Below, piece after piece: positions 16,401-28,300 of a stretch of DNA of 39,850 nt (within the stretch, counting starts at the first letter, position 1; each line of letters starts with the position of its first letter). The DNA lies in the IMG/VR virus record IMGVR_UViG_3300040960_002351, positions 1-39,850 of that record. One strand, written 5' to 3'. Source of the DNA: a virus (taxonomy: Duplodnaviria > Caudoviricetes). A program made the translations under genes and the position numbers. Under the pieces are notes generated by a model. That model had not been told where the DNA came from. It made no database searches and worked only from the letters and a program-made list of their open reading frames with translations.

Positions 16401-19400
16401 GAGCTGCAAGAGATACCGTATCAATATTCAAGACTGTGGATGCTTGAGAGTATCCATTAGGAAGAGTGGATACTGCATCATACGGGTTGATAGTATATGT
16501 TTCGTTAGGATTATTGAATGGTCCAGACTTATGATTTGGGGTGCAAAGTCTGAATTCAAAGTTGTTTCCATTTACAGAACCTCTGATGGTTTCTCCAACT
16601 TGGAAAGAACCAGAGACATTATTAACCTCAAGAAGTTTTGGAATGATGTCCAAACCATTTTGATTATCAAAGTATGCATAGAAACGAGTGTTTGGTTTCA
16701 AACCAATCGCTTTAAACTCAATATTTCTAGAGCGACAGAATGGATCAAATGTTTCTTCAGCGATAAATGTATTTTCGGATCTAATATCATCTCTTTGAAC
16801 TGTTCTACCAACTTCTCTGGTACTTACAGTAGCAGATCCACCGAGAACTCCACCTCTAGTGAGGCTGAAGTTTGCTGCAACTTGATTATTAAATACCGTA
16901 ATACCAATAGTGTTACGAATAACATTCTCGGTTCTTCTAGTATTAATCCAGTTATCAACAGTGGGATTAAGTCTCAGCGCACCTGTGTAAGCAACAACAT
17001 GGAAGGGGTTAATGTTGTTAGTCTTGGTTGCAAACTCTTGTTTAATATACTCAATTTCCTCATATTTGAGAGAAAGTAGATCTCCTGTCTTTTGGGTATT
17101 TGTAGAATCTAAAAGTTCGAAGTTAGAATCAAAGTCAATTTGAGATGTGGGAAGATCCGTTTTAGGAGCGACTTGAAGATCAATAGATGAGAATTCTCTC
17201 AAAGGTTTTAGTTCGCCAAGTTCTGTGTCGATCTCTGCAGGAGAACTTGGATCCATGAAGTCATTAGTCTTGAAGTTATCTACAAAGAAACCAGACTTAA
17301 ATCTTGTAAGACCTTGAGCATCTCTAATTTGTAGAGACTCGGCACTCTTCTCAAGTAGAGAGAGACTAGTAGCAAGTTCCAGATTTTCAACTCTATCTGC
17401 AAGATCACCGATATCACGCATTGTGAATCTACGGTTATCCTTTAAGAAGACTCTCGCTTCTTCTACATCTTTAAGATATGCGGGAAGAAGAATAGTAGCG
17501 ATCTCCATCCCTTTGCTGGTTGCAGCGGGAGGGACTGGTTGTCTTGCTGGTGTGCCGCCTTCAATCTTGAAAGTTCCATCTGGGAGAAGAACTAATTTGT
17601 CAATTCTAGGTAGATAGAAATCATAATCAAAAGTCATTGACTCATTAGGAGTCAAGATTCTATCAGGTTCTCCAGAAAAATCTCTAGATGTATAGAAGAA
17701 AGGAGACTTCGATGCAGACGCTGGATTAAATGCAGATACTCTAGGTCTAAAGTCTAATACATCGTGAGCAGGAGTTTCGGAAGGTCCGATATTAGGAATT
17801 TCTTTTGCATATCTTTCTTCATCATAACTGTTGACAGTAAATACATCACCAGTGTCTCCACTAGGAACATCAAATCTGTTATAGACTACCAAGAGTTGTC
17901 TGTGAGGAACATAACCTCCTTTATTTCTAACAATTCTAGAATAATCATAATATTGATTCTTTTGTCCTTTGTTTAGCAGATAGCTCGTAGTAATATCTCT
18001 ATACTTACCAGGAGTATATGCTTGAAGTACAGCAACAACATTAGACTCTTCAAACTCCAGAGGTTCGAGCACTGAGAATCTATCATCAGTCAAATAGACA
18101 ACTTCAATTTGACTATTTAAAGCATCAATAGAAACTACCCTAGCAATACCTTTGCTCGTTGTTCCAAAGATGTTTTCTCCGATAATAGCACTAGTGAAGA
18201 CATCATCAGTAGAAGAGAATGTTAATTTATCTAAGATCGGTGCAGAAGAATCCAGGGACTCGTAAATTGCAACGATATCAGTTACATCTGGATAGTTGAG
18301 ACAAATCTCTTTATCTTGAACTCTGAGACCATAGAGTTCACTATGATTCAAACCATCATTAATACTGGTCGAAGGATCAGTTCCAGATCTTCTATTAGTA
18401 GATCTGGTGATAGAAACCTTTTGCGATCTCTTAAACTCTTTTACCTTATTCTTGATATTTGCCTTAGAAACAGTTACATTAACAGTAATGTTTGACTGAC
18501 TGGGAGTTAGGTTAGAAATCGTAAGAGATGTTGGAGTAACAGTTACCTGAGACTCATCAATATTAGCGATGGCACCGCTGGAATATTGTACTTGATATCT
18601 TTCCTGATCAAATGCAACGAAAGAAACATCATCGAGGTTGACAGAAGAGATTGGAACAACCAATACCCCACCAGAAGTTGTGGTCTCGTTCTTAACTTGA
18701 GCGGAAAGAAGAAGAGTAGAAGAACTAAAGTCTACATTTGAAATACTTAGATCGGGAAGTCTGGTGATCAAAGATGCATTTTCAAGAGTCGTATCCTGAA
18801 CACCAATCTTAATAGCACCTTCAAATGCCTTTACTCCACCATCAAACAGGTTGGAGACAGTTGTCATTGCACCAACAGTCATTGACTGAAGATCTGCTGC
18901 AACAGTAAGAACTACATTTTGAGTAGGAACGCTCAGAGCAGACCCAGATGTATTTGTAGGAGCCTCGTATCTAATAATATCTCCAGGTTTAAATCTCTCA
19001 AAACTATCAAATCTAGGAGAAGTTACTACTCCACCAGCAGTGATCTTCAGTGTTCCATTCCCAAATCTGGGAGGGATGCGATCAGTTAACTTCTTGCTTG
19101 CGGAGAAAGTGTTTGCCTGTTGGAAACTATAAACATCATTGATGCCATATGTTTTGATATTTTCAACAGACCTGGGTAGTTCCTCTACCCCATTGATTAA
19201 AAGTTGCTCACCTAATCTGAAAGTTCCAGATGTTTGAGTGATATTAATAGTGCTTGTTCCTGCACCAGCAGCTGCTGCATATCCACTAGCACCGCTCTCC
19301 TTACCAACAACATATGCCGATTCAATTAGCTCAGTGGAACTAACATTGTCGTTTAGTGTAAGTGTAGTGTATGTTTGAACATCATACAGATACATGTTAA

Positions 19401-20763
19401 ATTCTGTAGATGCATTTTCATATTCAGCATCTCTTAATCCAAGTGTATATACCTTGGCATCTCCAATCTTTACACTAGATCCAGCTGCAACTGCACTAGC
19501 ACCGCTGTAGGGACCACTGTAAAGATCAATTCTATTTGTAAATGTGGAAAGACCGACGACATTATTAACAACAAACTTATTTCCCATTTCAAATGGGAAC
19601 GCTTTGTTTTCTACCTTTTGAGTCTCTCTTGGTTTTACAAGGTCAAGAGTTGTTGGTCCATCGGTAGATACATCATAACCATAGATATATGCTTTACCTG
19701 CACTAATTTTCAATACTGCTAGATCATCGCTAGGAGTATTTCCATCAAATGTTGTTTGATCCGAATAATAAGAACCATTGTTTCCCTGTCTATCATTCAG
19801 AGACTCTCCGACATTGACAAGAAACTTTTCTACCGCATAGTTTCCAGATTCGTCATAAGTTCTAGATGCGATATAATCTCTAATTCTAGAATACTCTGTA
19901 TCCTTTTTAATGGAAAGAATTGTTCCATTATCAACTCTGAGGACCTCTACAAAATCAGTATCCTCAAAATCATCAGTAGACTTCTTAGCAAGGACTAATT
20001 TGATTTGAAGTCTATCTGCTCCAGGAGCAGCAAAGTTAGAAAATCCTTTTGCGTTGTCGTAAAGTGTATTATCTGCTTTAGCACTAATTGCACTTTCTAC
20101 AATTTTCAAACCAACACGATAGGATGGTTGAGAATTATATTGATCTAAGATAATTGTTTGTTTCTTTACTCTAACAAAATTTCCCCTGACAAAATATACA
20201 CCATCATCAACAGACGCTGCAGATCCGATACTACAAGCATTTAATTCAATCGTAGATGCGAATGTTCCACCCACATTGATGGTTGTTCCACCAAAACTAA
20301 ATGCTTCCTCAGCAACCAAAACTTCACTATCACTGAAGAAATTAAAATCTCCAGATGAAGAAGACTTAATATATTTTACAAAGAAAGTGTCGTAGTCGTT
20401 ATCAGACTCAGTAGCACTAATATAATTGATTACCTTTGCAGTAACCCCAGATGTCTGACCTTTAATTACTTTGCCAACGACTTGTTGAGCATAGACCCCG
20501 ATATCAATACCAAGGTGTGTTGGGTTTACTTGGACAGCATAGTATTGTCCATCAAAAGTAACGGATCCAGGAATGACAATGGATCCTTCTTTGAAGATGT
20601 GACTACCAAATGTTTCTACCTGATTTTGCAGGATAGATTGTAAAGTAGAAAGTTCTCTTGCCTGAACAGGAAATCCTGGTTTAAACAGAACGCGATGATA
20701 ACCCTTTTCGGGGTCAAAATCGTCATAGTATGGACTTACATTGAGGTTAGTCTGTTGTGGCAT
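13462..20763 (-). CDS. VrlC-like / DUF4815-type large virion structural protein
   Basis: 2433 aa; TNLNVSPYYDDFD...YHRVLFKPGFPVQARELSTLQSILQNQ, APGADRL, RTYDESGNY, YLPRIDK, RFKSGFFVDNF, DPLAQT, C-terminal LRVIAVA; follows gp8. Confidence 0.88.
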   Translation of the reverse strand: MPQQTNLNVSPYYDDFDPEKGYHRVLFKPGFPVQARELSTLQSILQNQVETFGSHIFKEGSIVIPGSVTFDGQYYAVQVNPTHLGIDIGVYAQQVVGKVIKGQTSGVTAKVINYISATESDNDYDTFFVKYIKSSSSGDFNFFSDSEVLVAEEAFSFGGTTINVGGTFASTIELNACSIGSAASVDDGVYFVRGNFVRVKKQTIILDQYNSQPSYRVGLKIVESAISAKADNTLYDNAKGFSNFAAPGADRLQIKLVLAKKSTDDFEDTDFVEVLRVDNGTILSIKKDTEYSRIRDYIASRTYDESGNYAVEKFLVNVGESLNDRQGNNGSYYSDQTTFDGNTPSDDLAVLKISAGKAYIYGYDVSTDGPTTLDLVKPRETQKVENKAFPFEMGNKFVVNNVVGLSTFTNRIDLYSGPYSGASAVAAGSSVKIGDAKVYTLGLRDAEYENASTEFNMYLYDVQTYTTLTLNDNVSSTELIESAYVVGKESGASGYAAAAGAGTSTINITQTSGTFRLGEQLLINGVEELPRSVENIKTYGINDVYSFQQANTFSASKKLTDRIPPRFGNGTLKITAGGVVTSPRFDSFERFKPGDIIRYEAPTNTSGSALSVPTQNVVLTVAADLQSMTVGAMTTVSNLFDGGVKAFEGAIKIGVQDTTLENASLITRLPDLSISNVDFSSSTLLLSAQVKNETTTSGGVLVVPISSVNLDDVSFVAFDQERYQVQYSSGAIANIDESQVTVTPTSLTISNLTPSQSNITVNVTVSKANIKNKVKEFKRSQKVSITRSTNRRSGTDPSTSINDGLNHSELYGLRVQDKEICLNYPDVTDIVAIYESLDSSAPILDKLTFSSTDDVFTSAIIGENIFGTTSKGIARVVSIDALNSQIEVVYLTDDRFSVLEPLEFEESNVVAVLQAYTPGKYRDITTSYLLNKGQKNQYYDYSRIVRNKGGYVPHRQLLVVYNRFDVPSGDTGDVFTVNSYDEERYAKEIPNIGPSETPAHDVLDFRPRVSAFNPASASKSPFFYTSRDFSGEPDRILTPNESMTFDYDFYLPRIDKLVLLPDGTFKIEGGTPARQPVPPAATSKGMEIATILLPAYLKDVEEARVFLKDNRRFTMRDIGDLADRVENLELATSLSLLEKSAESLQIRDAQGLTRFKSGFFVDNFKTNDFMDPSSPAEIDTELGELKPLREFSSIDLQVAPKTDLPTSQIDFDSNFELLDSTNTQKTGDLLSLKYEEIEYIKQEFATKTNNINPFHVVAYTGALRLNPTVDNWINTRRTENVIRNTIGITVFNNQVAANFSLTRGGVLGGSATVSTREVGRTVQRDDIRSENTFIAEETFDPFCRSRNIEFKAIGLKPNTRFYAYFDNQNGLDIIPKLLEVNNVSGSFQVGETIRGSVNGNNFEFRLCTPNHKSGPFNNPNETYTINPYDAVSTLPNGYSQASTVLNIDTVSLAAQAQGAFFGLVLPGMVLRGLTSGAQATVARIRLVSDDFGDLIGSVYIRDPNQTPTPQVRIRSGSRDFKLTSSATNENPLPGSTLISTAVGRYLATGTTRVIQTDIRITTLETTTVTNLSTIDIRGTIPPPPPPPPPVIINNTTVIDRTRTVVVNRNRPVQVRRRDPLAQTIVTGPEGAWITSLDVFFAKKNTGTTPVTVQIRTVELGTPTLSVIDRNAIAVLRPSDITTSQNGTVPTRVRFRTPFYLDPNTAYAIVLLSDSDEYEVFCGEMGQKALNTQLLPSAQGKIYSQQFAMGSLFKSQNGETWTPSQFEDLTFKLYRAKFTSDIGLLTFYNPPIEPNNGLLPPLNFDPITSLPKKAKIGITTTSNAGLIGTVFAQGRKIGESTETYRYGYIDDKGGPVLGTPGILTGGKNYGTPTNPVSTYNIVGNGEGLTFNVTVGSGISAITGVSIASSGSGYKVGDVVGLVTADVGNSGSGVRVGINSLGGIDTLYLTNVQAELFDTATNDLLYYHDSGSTIDTGLDIITYDATGSVYTGEYFKVDNRNHGMHSSSNRVIIQDVQSDVVPTELSVNLASNETTISVASTSQFATFEGAAVSAANTGYAFINSEIISYTTVGVSSLGGVVRGVDGTKALNHLQNDIVSKYEYSGVSLRRINTEHDVSTVLRGIDEYYVQIDRGSSRGSDDSANSIPQVSFREEASGGGKNVHASKNLQFDAARPLFDATTFGPGDFISLQLRTITGTSPNGSESAYVDAGLSNIDFNRINQFESTRIIASRANETAKLGSLPRNKSFAYTIALDNNGDEYNSPVVNMESAATLLYENRLNNPIEDYRTDSRVNSRFSDPHASYYMSNPIYVKNPATSLKLIFEARRPVECDIRALYSILKTDSSEVTPDFELFPGYLNLIDTDGDGIGDQVIDPTQNDGRSDAFVPADETQYREYTYSIDDLPSFNGFQVKLVFSGTNQAKYPVVKNLRVIAVA

Positions 20764-20767
20764 CTTC

Positions 20768-22342
20768 TTAGAATTCTAAAACGATTTTGATGTCTTCTTT
20801 TTGACGCTCATTTCTTGCAATAGAGGGTCTATTATCAAGATAAATGATCTCACCAGTCCTTTTATTTATTTCGGATGGAGCAAGACCACCAGTAAACTGT
20901 ACACCTAGATCAACAACTTTACCAGAAGGCGTGGTTGTTGAAATTCCAGAGAATCCAGAATCAATGTTCACGCTAAATCCACCGTCAGCAGTAACAGCAT
21001 TTCCAGAAGAAGAGAAATCTATAACTGCTGCATCTCCACTGACTCCAATACTGTCAGTCGCATCATAGAAAACTTGATTGACATACAAGTTTCTATCTTG
21101 GAAATACTTGATTACCTGAGTAGATATATCGTAAGAAGCAACATATCCCTTTGCAGTTCCAATTCCAGTGATAGTTTGTTGAATCTTTGCACCAATCGGT
21201 AATGGTTGAGCAGAACTTCCAGTGAACTTAATTGCTTTAGTATTGGAGAATTCGGATGTATTCAGGACAGCAGTAGATCCAGATCCAGCAGCAATTGGAT
21301 TCTTGATAACCCCAATTTGGGCAAATGTAGTATCCGAAGCAAAGTCGTAAGAAGAATTATCAAATCTAGAATAAATTAGAACCTTATCGGTTCCGAGTTC
21401 TTTGTAGAGATCATAACCATGCCCTCTAGAGGGAGGAATAATCGGAGTTAGTTTTGCAAACTTAGTAGCAGATGCATTGATAGAAGAAAGATCAACTCTT
21501 CCAAAACTATATCCTTGTCCACCAGCAGTAACAGTTGCAGAAATAATCTGACCGTTAGTGTTTGTTTGGACTCTTACTTTACCTCCAGTTCCATCACCCA
21601 AAATGTCTACTTCTACTGGAGTAGACAGGAATGCATATCCCTCTCCCTGTTCATCAATAGAAACAACTTTAATTTGGTTATTATTGACTTCAGAATCACC
21701 ATTGTCTCTAACGACCTTGATCTCATTTTCAGTAGAGGTTTGCCACTCGTTAGGAACTGCTATGTACTCTGTTGAGTCGAATTTAACAATGTCGGCGGGA
21801 GGAACAGTAAAGAGGTATTTCCATAGATAGCCGTCACCACTCGTCCCAGCAGCGGATGGTTCCAGATCAGTAAATGTTGGTTCATCGAGAGACGCGCTTG
21901 CTGTCGATGTGATACCCGCAGAACCATTATCAATGCAAATATAAACCCTAAAGTCTTGGTTAATTACATAATAATTTGCAGAATACAGTCTACTAGAGTT
22001 TGAGACTAGAGATCTGTTGTTAGTATTATAATCATGACGGTACATATCATAAGATGTACCTTTTGTCCACTGGACTTTACGGATCAATCTCCTAACATCG
22101 CCAGGCAATACCTTTCGCCCAAAAAGCATCGTGTCATATACATGATTAATATAACTAATATTATCAATAGGAGAAGGGGGTTGGACAGTTGTGCTGTTCC
22201 AAGTGCTAGTTCTTCCGTAACCCGCAATAGTCGGATTAGCAAGACCTAAAAATGTATAATATGAATTAGATCCATCAATTACGGAGTCTACAAAATTATT
22301 TGCGTTAATGACCCTAAATTGATCGGTGATAATGGCTGCCAT
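20768..22342 (-). CDS. gp8: Baseplate wedge subunit
   Basis: MAAIITDQFR..NA.NF, W..GT.YDMYRHDY, YYV.N...RVY.CIDN, DGYLWKYLFT, GEIIYLDNR..I.R...QKEDIKIVLEF. Confidence 0.92.
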   Translation of the reverse strand: MAAIITDQFRVINANNFVDSVIDGSNSYYTFLGLANPTIAGYGRTSTWNSTTVQPPSPIDNISYINHVYDTMLFGRKVLPGDVRRLIRKVQWTKGTSYDMYRHDYNTNNRSLVSNSSRLYSANYYVINQDFRVYICIDNGSAGITSTASASLDEPTFTDLEPSAAGTSGDGYLWKYLFTVPPADIVKFDSTEYIAVPNEWQTSTENEIKVVRDNGDSEVNNNQIKVVSIDEQGEGYAFLSTPVEVDILGDGTGGKVRVQTNTNGQIISATVTAGGQGYSFGRVDLSSINASATKFAKLTPIIPPSRGHGYDLYKELGTDKVLIYSRFDNSSYDFASDTTFAQIGVIKNPIAAGSGSTAVLNTSEFSNTKAIKFTGSSAQPLPIGAKIQQTITGIGTAKGYVASYDISTQVIKYFQDRNLYVNQVFYDATDSIGVSGDAAVIDFSSSGNAVTADGGFSVNIDSGFSGISTTTPSGKVVDLGVQFTGGLAPSEINKRTGEIIYLDNRPSIARNERQKEDIKIVLEF

Positions 22343-22375
22343 TATTATGAGCGGGCGAAAGGTCTAACTTTTTTG

Positions 22376-22383
22376 TATTTATA
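22376..22383 (-). promoter_or_regulatory. T4-type late promoter (TATAAATA, perfect)
   Basis: Exact consensus overlapping the gp7 stop, about 34 nt upstream of the gp8 ATG. Confidence 0.8.
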
Positions 22384-25300
22384 ATCGTTTCGGGAGACCC
22401 CCAGTCCCTCTTAATCCAACACCCCTTCTTTGTACAATGGGATATTGTGACAATTGTGGATCATAATTCAATCCCTTGACATTTGCATAGACTGCATTCG
22501 CGGCACGATCAACTTCACCAAATCTACCCCAGCTAAAGTAAGCGTATGGGAAAGCAGTAGATCCAACCCCAACAAACCCAGTAGTGTCAGTGTAGGAAGC
22601 AATATTTGCAGTGATGATTCCAAGACGACTTCCAGATCCAGTTACGAAAGAAATTGCAGAAGCATAGTAAATGCCATCACCATAATATGTGCTAGTACCA
22701 ACAACATCACTATCATGAGTATCGATTGATGTTATCGCAATACCTGCAGTGTTAATTCCAGTCCCATAAAGTCTGAATGGATAGTTAGTTCCAAGTCCAG
22801 TGGGATCATTTCCATCATTTACATATTCTTGAACATCAAATTGAATTAAGAGAGCAAGGTCGGTTCCGATACCAGGACATGTGCTAATACCAGTGACAAC
22901 ACCAATATAACCTTGGACATTGGCAACCAAAGGATTAATGCCAGTCATATCCTCGTAGTTGATACCAGAAACAGCAGTAGTTCCAAATCCAACTTCTGCA
23001 ATAAATGCAAGGTTGAAGTTCTCCGTCAAACTATCATCAGTGTCTTTAAACAGAGCAACAGAATCAACAAAGAGGAACGCATCAGTTGTACTAACGACAC
23101 CGATTACGCTAGCAATAGGACTAATTTGAGCTTCAATAGAGTCTCTTGCCTTACTAACAACAGAACCATCAATCAGAATATCTTTCTTCTGTTTAATCCA
23201 AGTAAGGGGTTTGTAGTTATCATTACTAATGCCTACTCCTTGATAGAACGGTGTTTCTACAGTAACAGCACTGTCAATTCTCTTGACAATTCTATTTTCA
23301 TCTTGAGCAAAGTTATCGACTGTCTGAGTTACTGTATTAAGTTCAACCTCAGCACTCTTTTCAAGTTTAACCTCATCACCAACCTTAATTACCTCATTGA
23401 CATCAAACAAGAAACTATCCTGTCCAATTGTTCCTCTGTAGAAGAAGATAACAACATTATCTTCTGGAGTAGGTGCAGTAGTAAATTCAAGAACAGAACC
23501 GCCAGTGAACGAATAGTTCACTCCAGGTTGCTGAATTACTCCGTTAATGAAAATAAGAAGAACTGCAGAAAGATCAATTTCCTTAGAATCAGCATCATTT
23601 CTATCAATTTCAAAACTGACGATAGATCTTTGATACTCAAGAATAAATCTCTTTTGATCACCATTTTGATATCTCTTGATATTATCAAGATAGTCAATAT
23701 TACCAAACTGCCATGCTGCTACTTGGTCCGTGAATACATCAATGACTTCGATTTCAAAGTCTTTGAAGTTGTCCCCTGCTGCGGGATCGGTGGAAAGTCC
23801 AGCAACAGTAAATATATCTCCGCGCTTGAATCCATAACCTTTCTTAGAGAACTCCCACTTAGCAACTTCATAATAAGTAGATCCAATTCCAGTAGCAGTA
23901 GAGACACCAGCAATTTCAACAGAAATAGAGCATCCAACACCTGTTACCGTAGTTGCGCCAAGACCAATTCTGGACAGACCGATAATATTGAGGTTTTCTC
24001 CATTTGGTTCGGGGGGAAGAATAAGATCATCGGCAGTATAATTGGTGCCAGGACCAACAACAGAGAATACCAGAGATCCACCAGCGCCAACAACGGCGGT
24101 AATCGTCGCTCCAGTGCCTGTAGAAGAGGTTACAGCGATGCCAATGGTGCCAATACCAGTTCTGTATCCAGAACCAAAGGTAAGGGGGTGCCACTGGGCA
24201 GCAGTACCGCCACTTACATAAGTGTGTCCAAATGTCGAAGGTCCAACATTAGTCTTAAATTGAGTTGCTGAAATGAAACCAATAACAGCAAACGGGTCAT
24301 CATGATCTGGGAAGATATTGGTAGTGATACCAGTTTGAACTTGACCACCACCTGCATAGGTATGAGCGATAGTGGAAATACCAACATTAGTGACAAAGGA
24401 TGTAGTAGTTCCAACGGAATTTACAGGATAGAAATATCCTTGAGTTCCATCTGGGAAGATAGTAGTAGTTACACCAGCGTGAGGAGCAGTGCAACTGAAT
24501 CCAATATATGCTAATTTGACATCATCGCCAGCAGTCAATCCATGATCACCAACAGTAAATACGGTAGCAATACCAGTAGATTCATCATATTGGAAGTCAT
24601 AGACACTGTATGTTGCACCATATCCAGGGCAGGTGAATGCCAGACCAACTAACTTAACCTGATCTTCCAAAAGAAGACCGTGTGGTGTAGCAGTTGTGAC
24701 TGTCATGATACCAGTCTTATTGTCGTAGAATGCCTCGGTGACATTTACGGACGGTCCTGCAGTCGAAACTCCGATGATATTCGTGATTGTTCCGCCAGTT
24801 CCAACTTCCAATCTTACAGATGCACCCTCAAACGGAGCATATCCAAGTCCAGGAGTAGATGCAACAGAAATGATGATGCCGCCTCTAGGTAACTGGTTTT
24901 GGTTAATATCATCTTCATCAATAATTAGATCCGTAAATCCTACTGATGTAATACCAGTGAACTGAACACTAGCGGCAGAAGATACTGGATCTTCAATGAT
25001 TTTGAAGTTAGAAATCCCTTCGTTGTTCTCTCCAAATGGTGCTTGGAAGATACCATTAACGAAGAGTACACCATTACCACCAGTTGTACCGATACCCGTT
25101 ACTGCAGCACCAATCGCAGTCAGTGAGAATGTGTTCTCAAGTCCATCAAACTGATCAGAGAAGTCATCAAACAGTTCGTTTGTATCATAATCAACTCTCA
25201 GATAAGTTCTACCACCAAAAGTTGCTCTAGGATATGGAAGATTGCTGGGATCCGAAATTCCAAGGTCACCACCAAGAGGAGCATCCGTAAAGTGAATTTT

Positions 25301-28300
25301 GCTGTTAAGAATTTGGAAAGCGCCTCTGTGAATTCTTCCAGTAGTTCCTGCTGCGTGATCAGTTGCAGCAGTTCCTACGGCACCTCTCTCAACTTCAGCA
25401 ATGCTCCATGTACCAATACCAGTAATAGGTCCAGTAGATGTAGTAGCAAAACCTACAGTCTTAACAATGGTATATTCATCTTCAAGTTTCAGAAGATCTC
25501 CAGAAGTAACTGTGCTAAGTCCGCTCAGTGCAAGAGATGTGACAATACCGTTTACAGGAGCATCAAGATCATATGTAATTTGAGTGTAAGTAATCGGTTT
25601 CTGTACAATTCCACTGAGAGCAACGATCGTCTTCTGATCTCGCTTCTCCATTGTAAATCTGTGCTTGTTACCAGATCCAGATCCAGGTTGGAAAGTAACA
25701 GCAAGACCTGCTCTGGCATCAGTAAGACTGGTAGAGATGAAGAACTGACTATTATTATTTTTAACAATGTAGACAGTAGAAGGAAGTTCAGTAGAACCAT
25801 ACCCAGTTACATAATGAAGAGCACTAGCAGCAATACCAATAATGTTAGAGTCTGGTGTGTAAGTTACCTGTTCTGTATTAGAGAAGAAGTGCTGGAAACT
25901 AATCAAACCAGTTCCATAATTGATTTGATTGGGATTCTGTGGGTTGAGATCACGCTCATAGATTGGAACTCCTTGATAAGTCAAGTCAAATTCTCTAATG
26001 TTTCTATTATTGATACCTAAGTAACTATTTTGAGTTACATTCTCAAACACTTTTCCATAATCAAAGGATCCAATACCAGCAAGAGATCCATTAGGATCAA
26101 GATCTTTATAAACAATCTCGTTGTAAGAGAAGATGCTTACCATTCCAGACACACCTGCATCTGGATAGAACTCAAGATTTACTTTTCCTGCAGAGAACTC
26201 TGCGCCAAATGTACCAATTCCAGTTGTTGTTCCAACTGCAGCGATGGGTGCTTGAGATAGATAAGTATCCTGTTTCTCTGGATCAGAGAGTACATATATT
26301 TGATGTAAGGTTTGTGTAGAACCATAAGAAACATGTACGGTTGACTTGAAGGACAAGTCAATATTGCTGGAAACTCCAACAACTGTAGCAATTCCTGTCG
26401 TTGCAGAAGAACCGACAACAATTCTTGCGCTTCTTTCTGTTCCCTCAGGAGTGAACTCAAGGTTGAAGTGTCTGACACTAGTTGTGCCAAGACCTACATT
26501 TTCAAAAGAAATAAACTTACATCTAACATCGACTGCATCTAAATTAGAGTGGATGTAGTCAATTTTAACAACACCACTTTCGATATTGGAAGTAAATGTT
26601 CCCATAAATGTGGGAGCGGATAAACCACCCAAACTTTGTCTGGTGTTAAAGGATGCCAGTTCTGTCAGATAGGTATCAACACCATCAGTCTGAAGTGCTA
26701 ATTCATGATAATCAATCTTATTAGTTGCTTTATCAACAACTAAGAAGTGTCCAATTCCACCAACAAAAGTAGTCGTAGCAAATCCAACAATTGTTGCTGT
26801 AGTTGCAGTGCCAACTAAAAGGTTTACTGAGGTGTTAACTACATTTCCTGTATTTGTAGATCCAATGCCAACATCAGAAGCAAAACCTTGCTGAAGGCAC
26901 TTAATATCATAGTCAGTGTCAAAAGTCTCGTATGGTTTAATTCTCAGTTCTGTTTGATTATCATTAACATTAAAGAAGGAGAAATACTCTGCATATCCAG
27001 TAGAAAGACCAGCATTATTATTGTTGTTTACATGAGACTTCTGCAGCAGATATGTATTTTGGTTGGAAACAACCATAATCAACTCATTAAACTGATATTG
27101 GTTGTTTATGGGATTTTCTGCAGCGTGTGTAGTTTGTACCAGATATCTAGAGAACTGTCTTCCAGCAACTGCAGCTGCAATGGTTCTATCATCGCTCAGA
27201 TCATTAGACTCATTACTGACAAATTGGGGACTAATATCATCATGAACAAGAACTCTGTTTGTTTTGTTTAAGATAAAATCGGAAAGTCTTGTAGATCTAA
27301 GTTCAACAAACTTAGAAACATTATCAGCAGCATCTACATCTCTAGCTAGATCAAATCCGTAGACTGCATCGACTCTCAGTGGGTCTGAAATAAAGTCAAG
27401 GACAAATCCACCAGCATCATCTGCAGGACGAATAGAGTCCCCTGCATCGCCAACAGAAAGAACTTGAGTATTAGCAAAGTTCTTCATACCCGCTGGGTGT
27501 GCGATATTATTCACATAGGTAACAATATCATCATATGTCTTTTCGCTCTCAATCGCGTAAGACATGTTTTGATAATAATCATTATCAGGTAAGAATTGAT
27601 TATTATCTCCAATCAAACCAACATTATCAGACCAACCAAGATTTGTGTCAATAGTTGCCGAAATGTCGAAATAACCATCAAATTCTTGAACTACATCTAC
27701 CTCTGCACGGTCTCCACTGTTTGTTCCGACAAGTTGATCATCTGGCTCCAGAGGTCTAGAACCTTCAATAACCATCTCTCCAGTAGCAGTATTAATAGAT
27801 CTCATAATGAGATCTGTCTGCAGATCATCGTTTCTCTTAAGAGTTTCGTTTTGAGAGAATTCTGAGAACTTCTTAGTAACAGTAAATCTAGCAAGATCAG
27901 TAGATTTTACAATTTGACCAAATCCAGGTTGTACTGTGGCACCTGTACCAACATTTGTTGTAAAACCAGCATATGTAAATGTTACCTGTCTTGGGTTTAC
28001 TGCTGAATTGTAATCAGCAATTTCAAAGTCTGTAAACTTATAATCTCCAGAATTGAAACCATCGCCATCATTATTGAATTCAATTCCCTCAAGATATACA
28101 ATCTCTCCAGTGCTAAAGGGTTCATCAACATAACCCAAAATAGGGGTAGTGATCTTACATGTCAAAACTCCAACATCAGAGAAGGCTTCAATGATTGAAA
28201 TACCATTACTATTTCTTAGGGGAGCAAGTCCATAGTTATTATTGGTTAAACCTCTCGGTTGAACCACAACTTCTACGCTATTAACAGCAGAGTCGCTCAA

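Noticed and set aside
22913-24271. 452-aa plus-strand ORF antisense to gp7
   Set aside because: S/I/N/C-rich with no recognisable motifs; best explained as a shadow of sense-strand codon bias.
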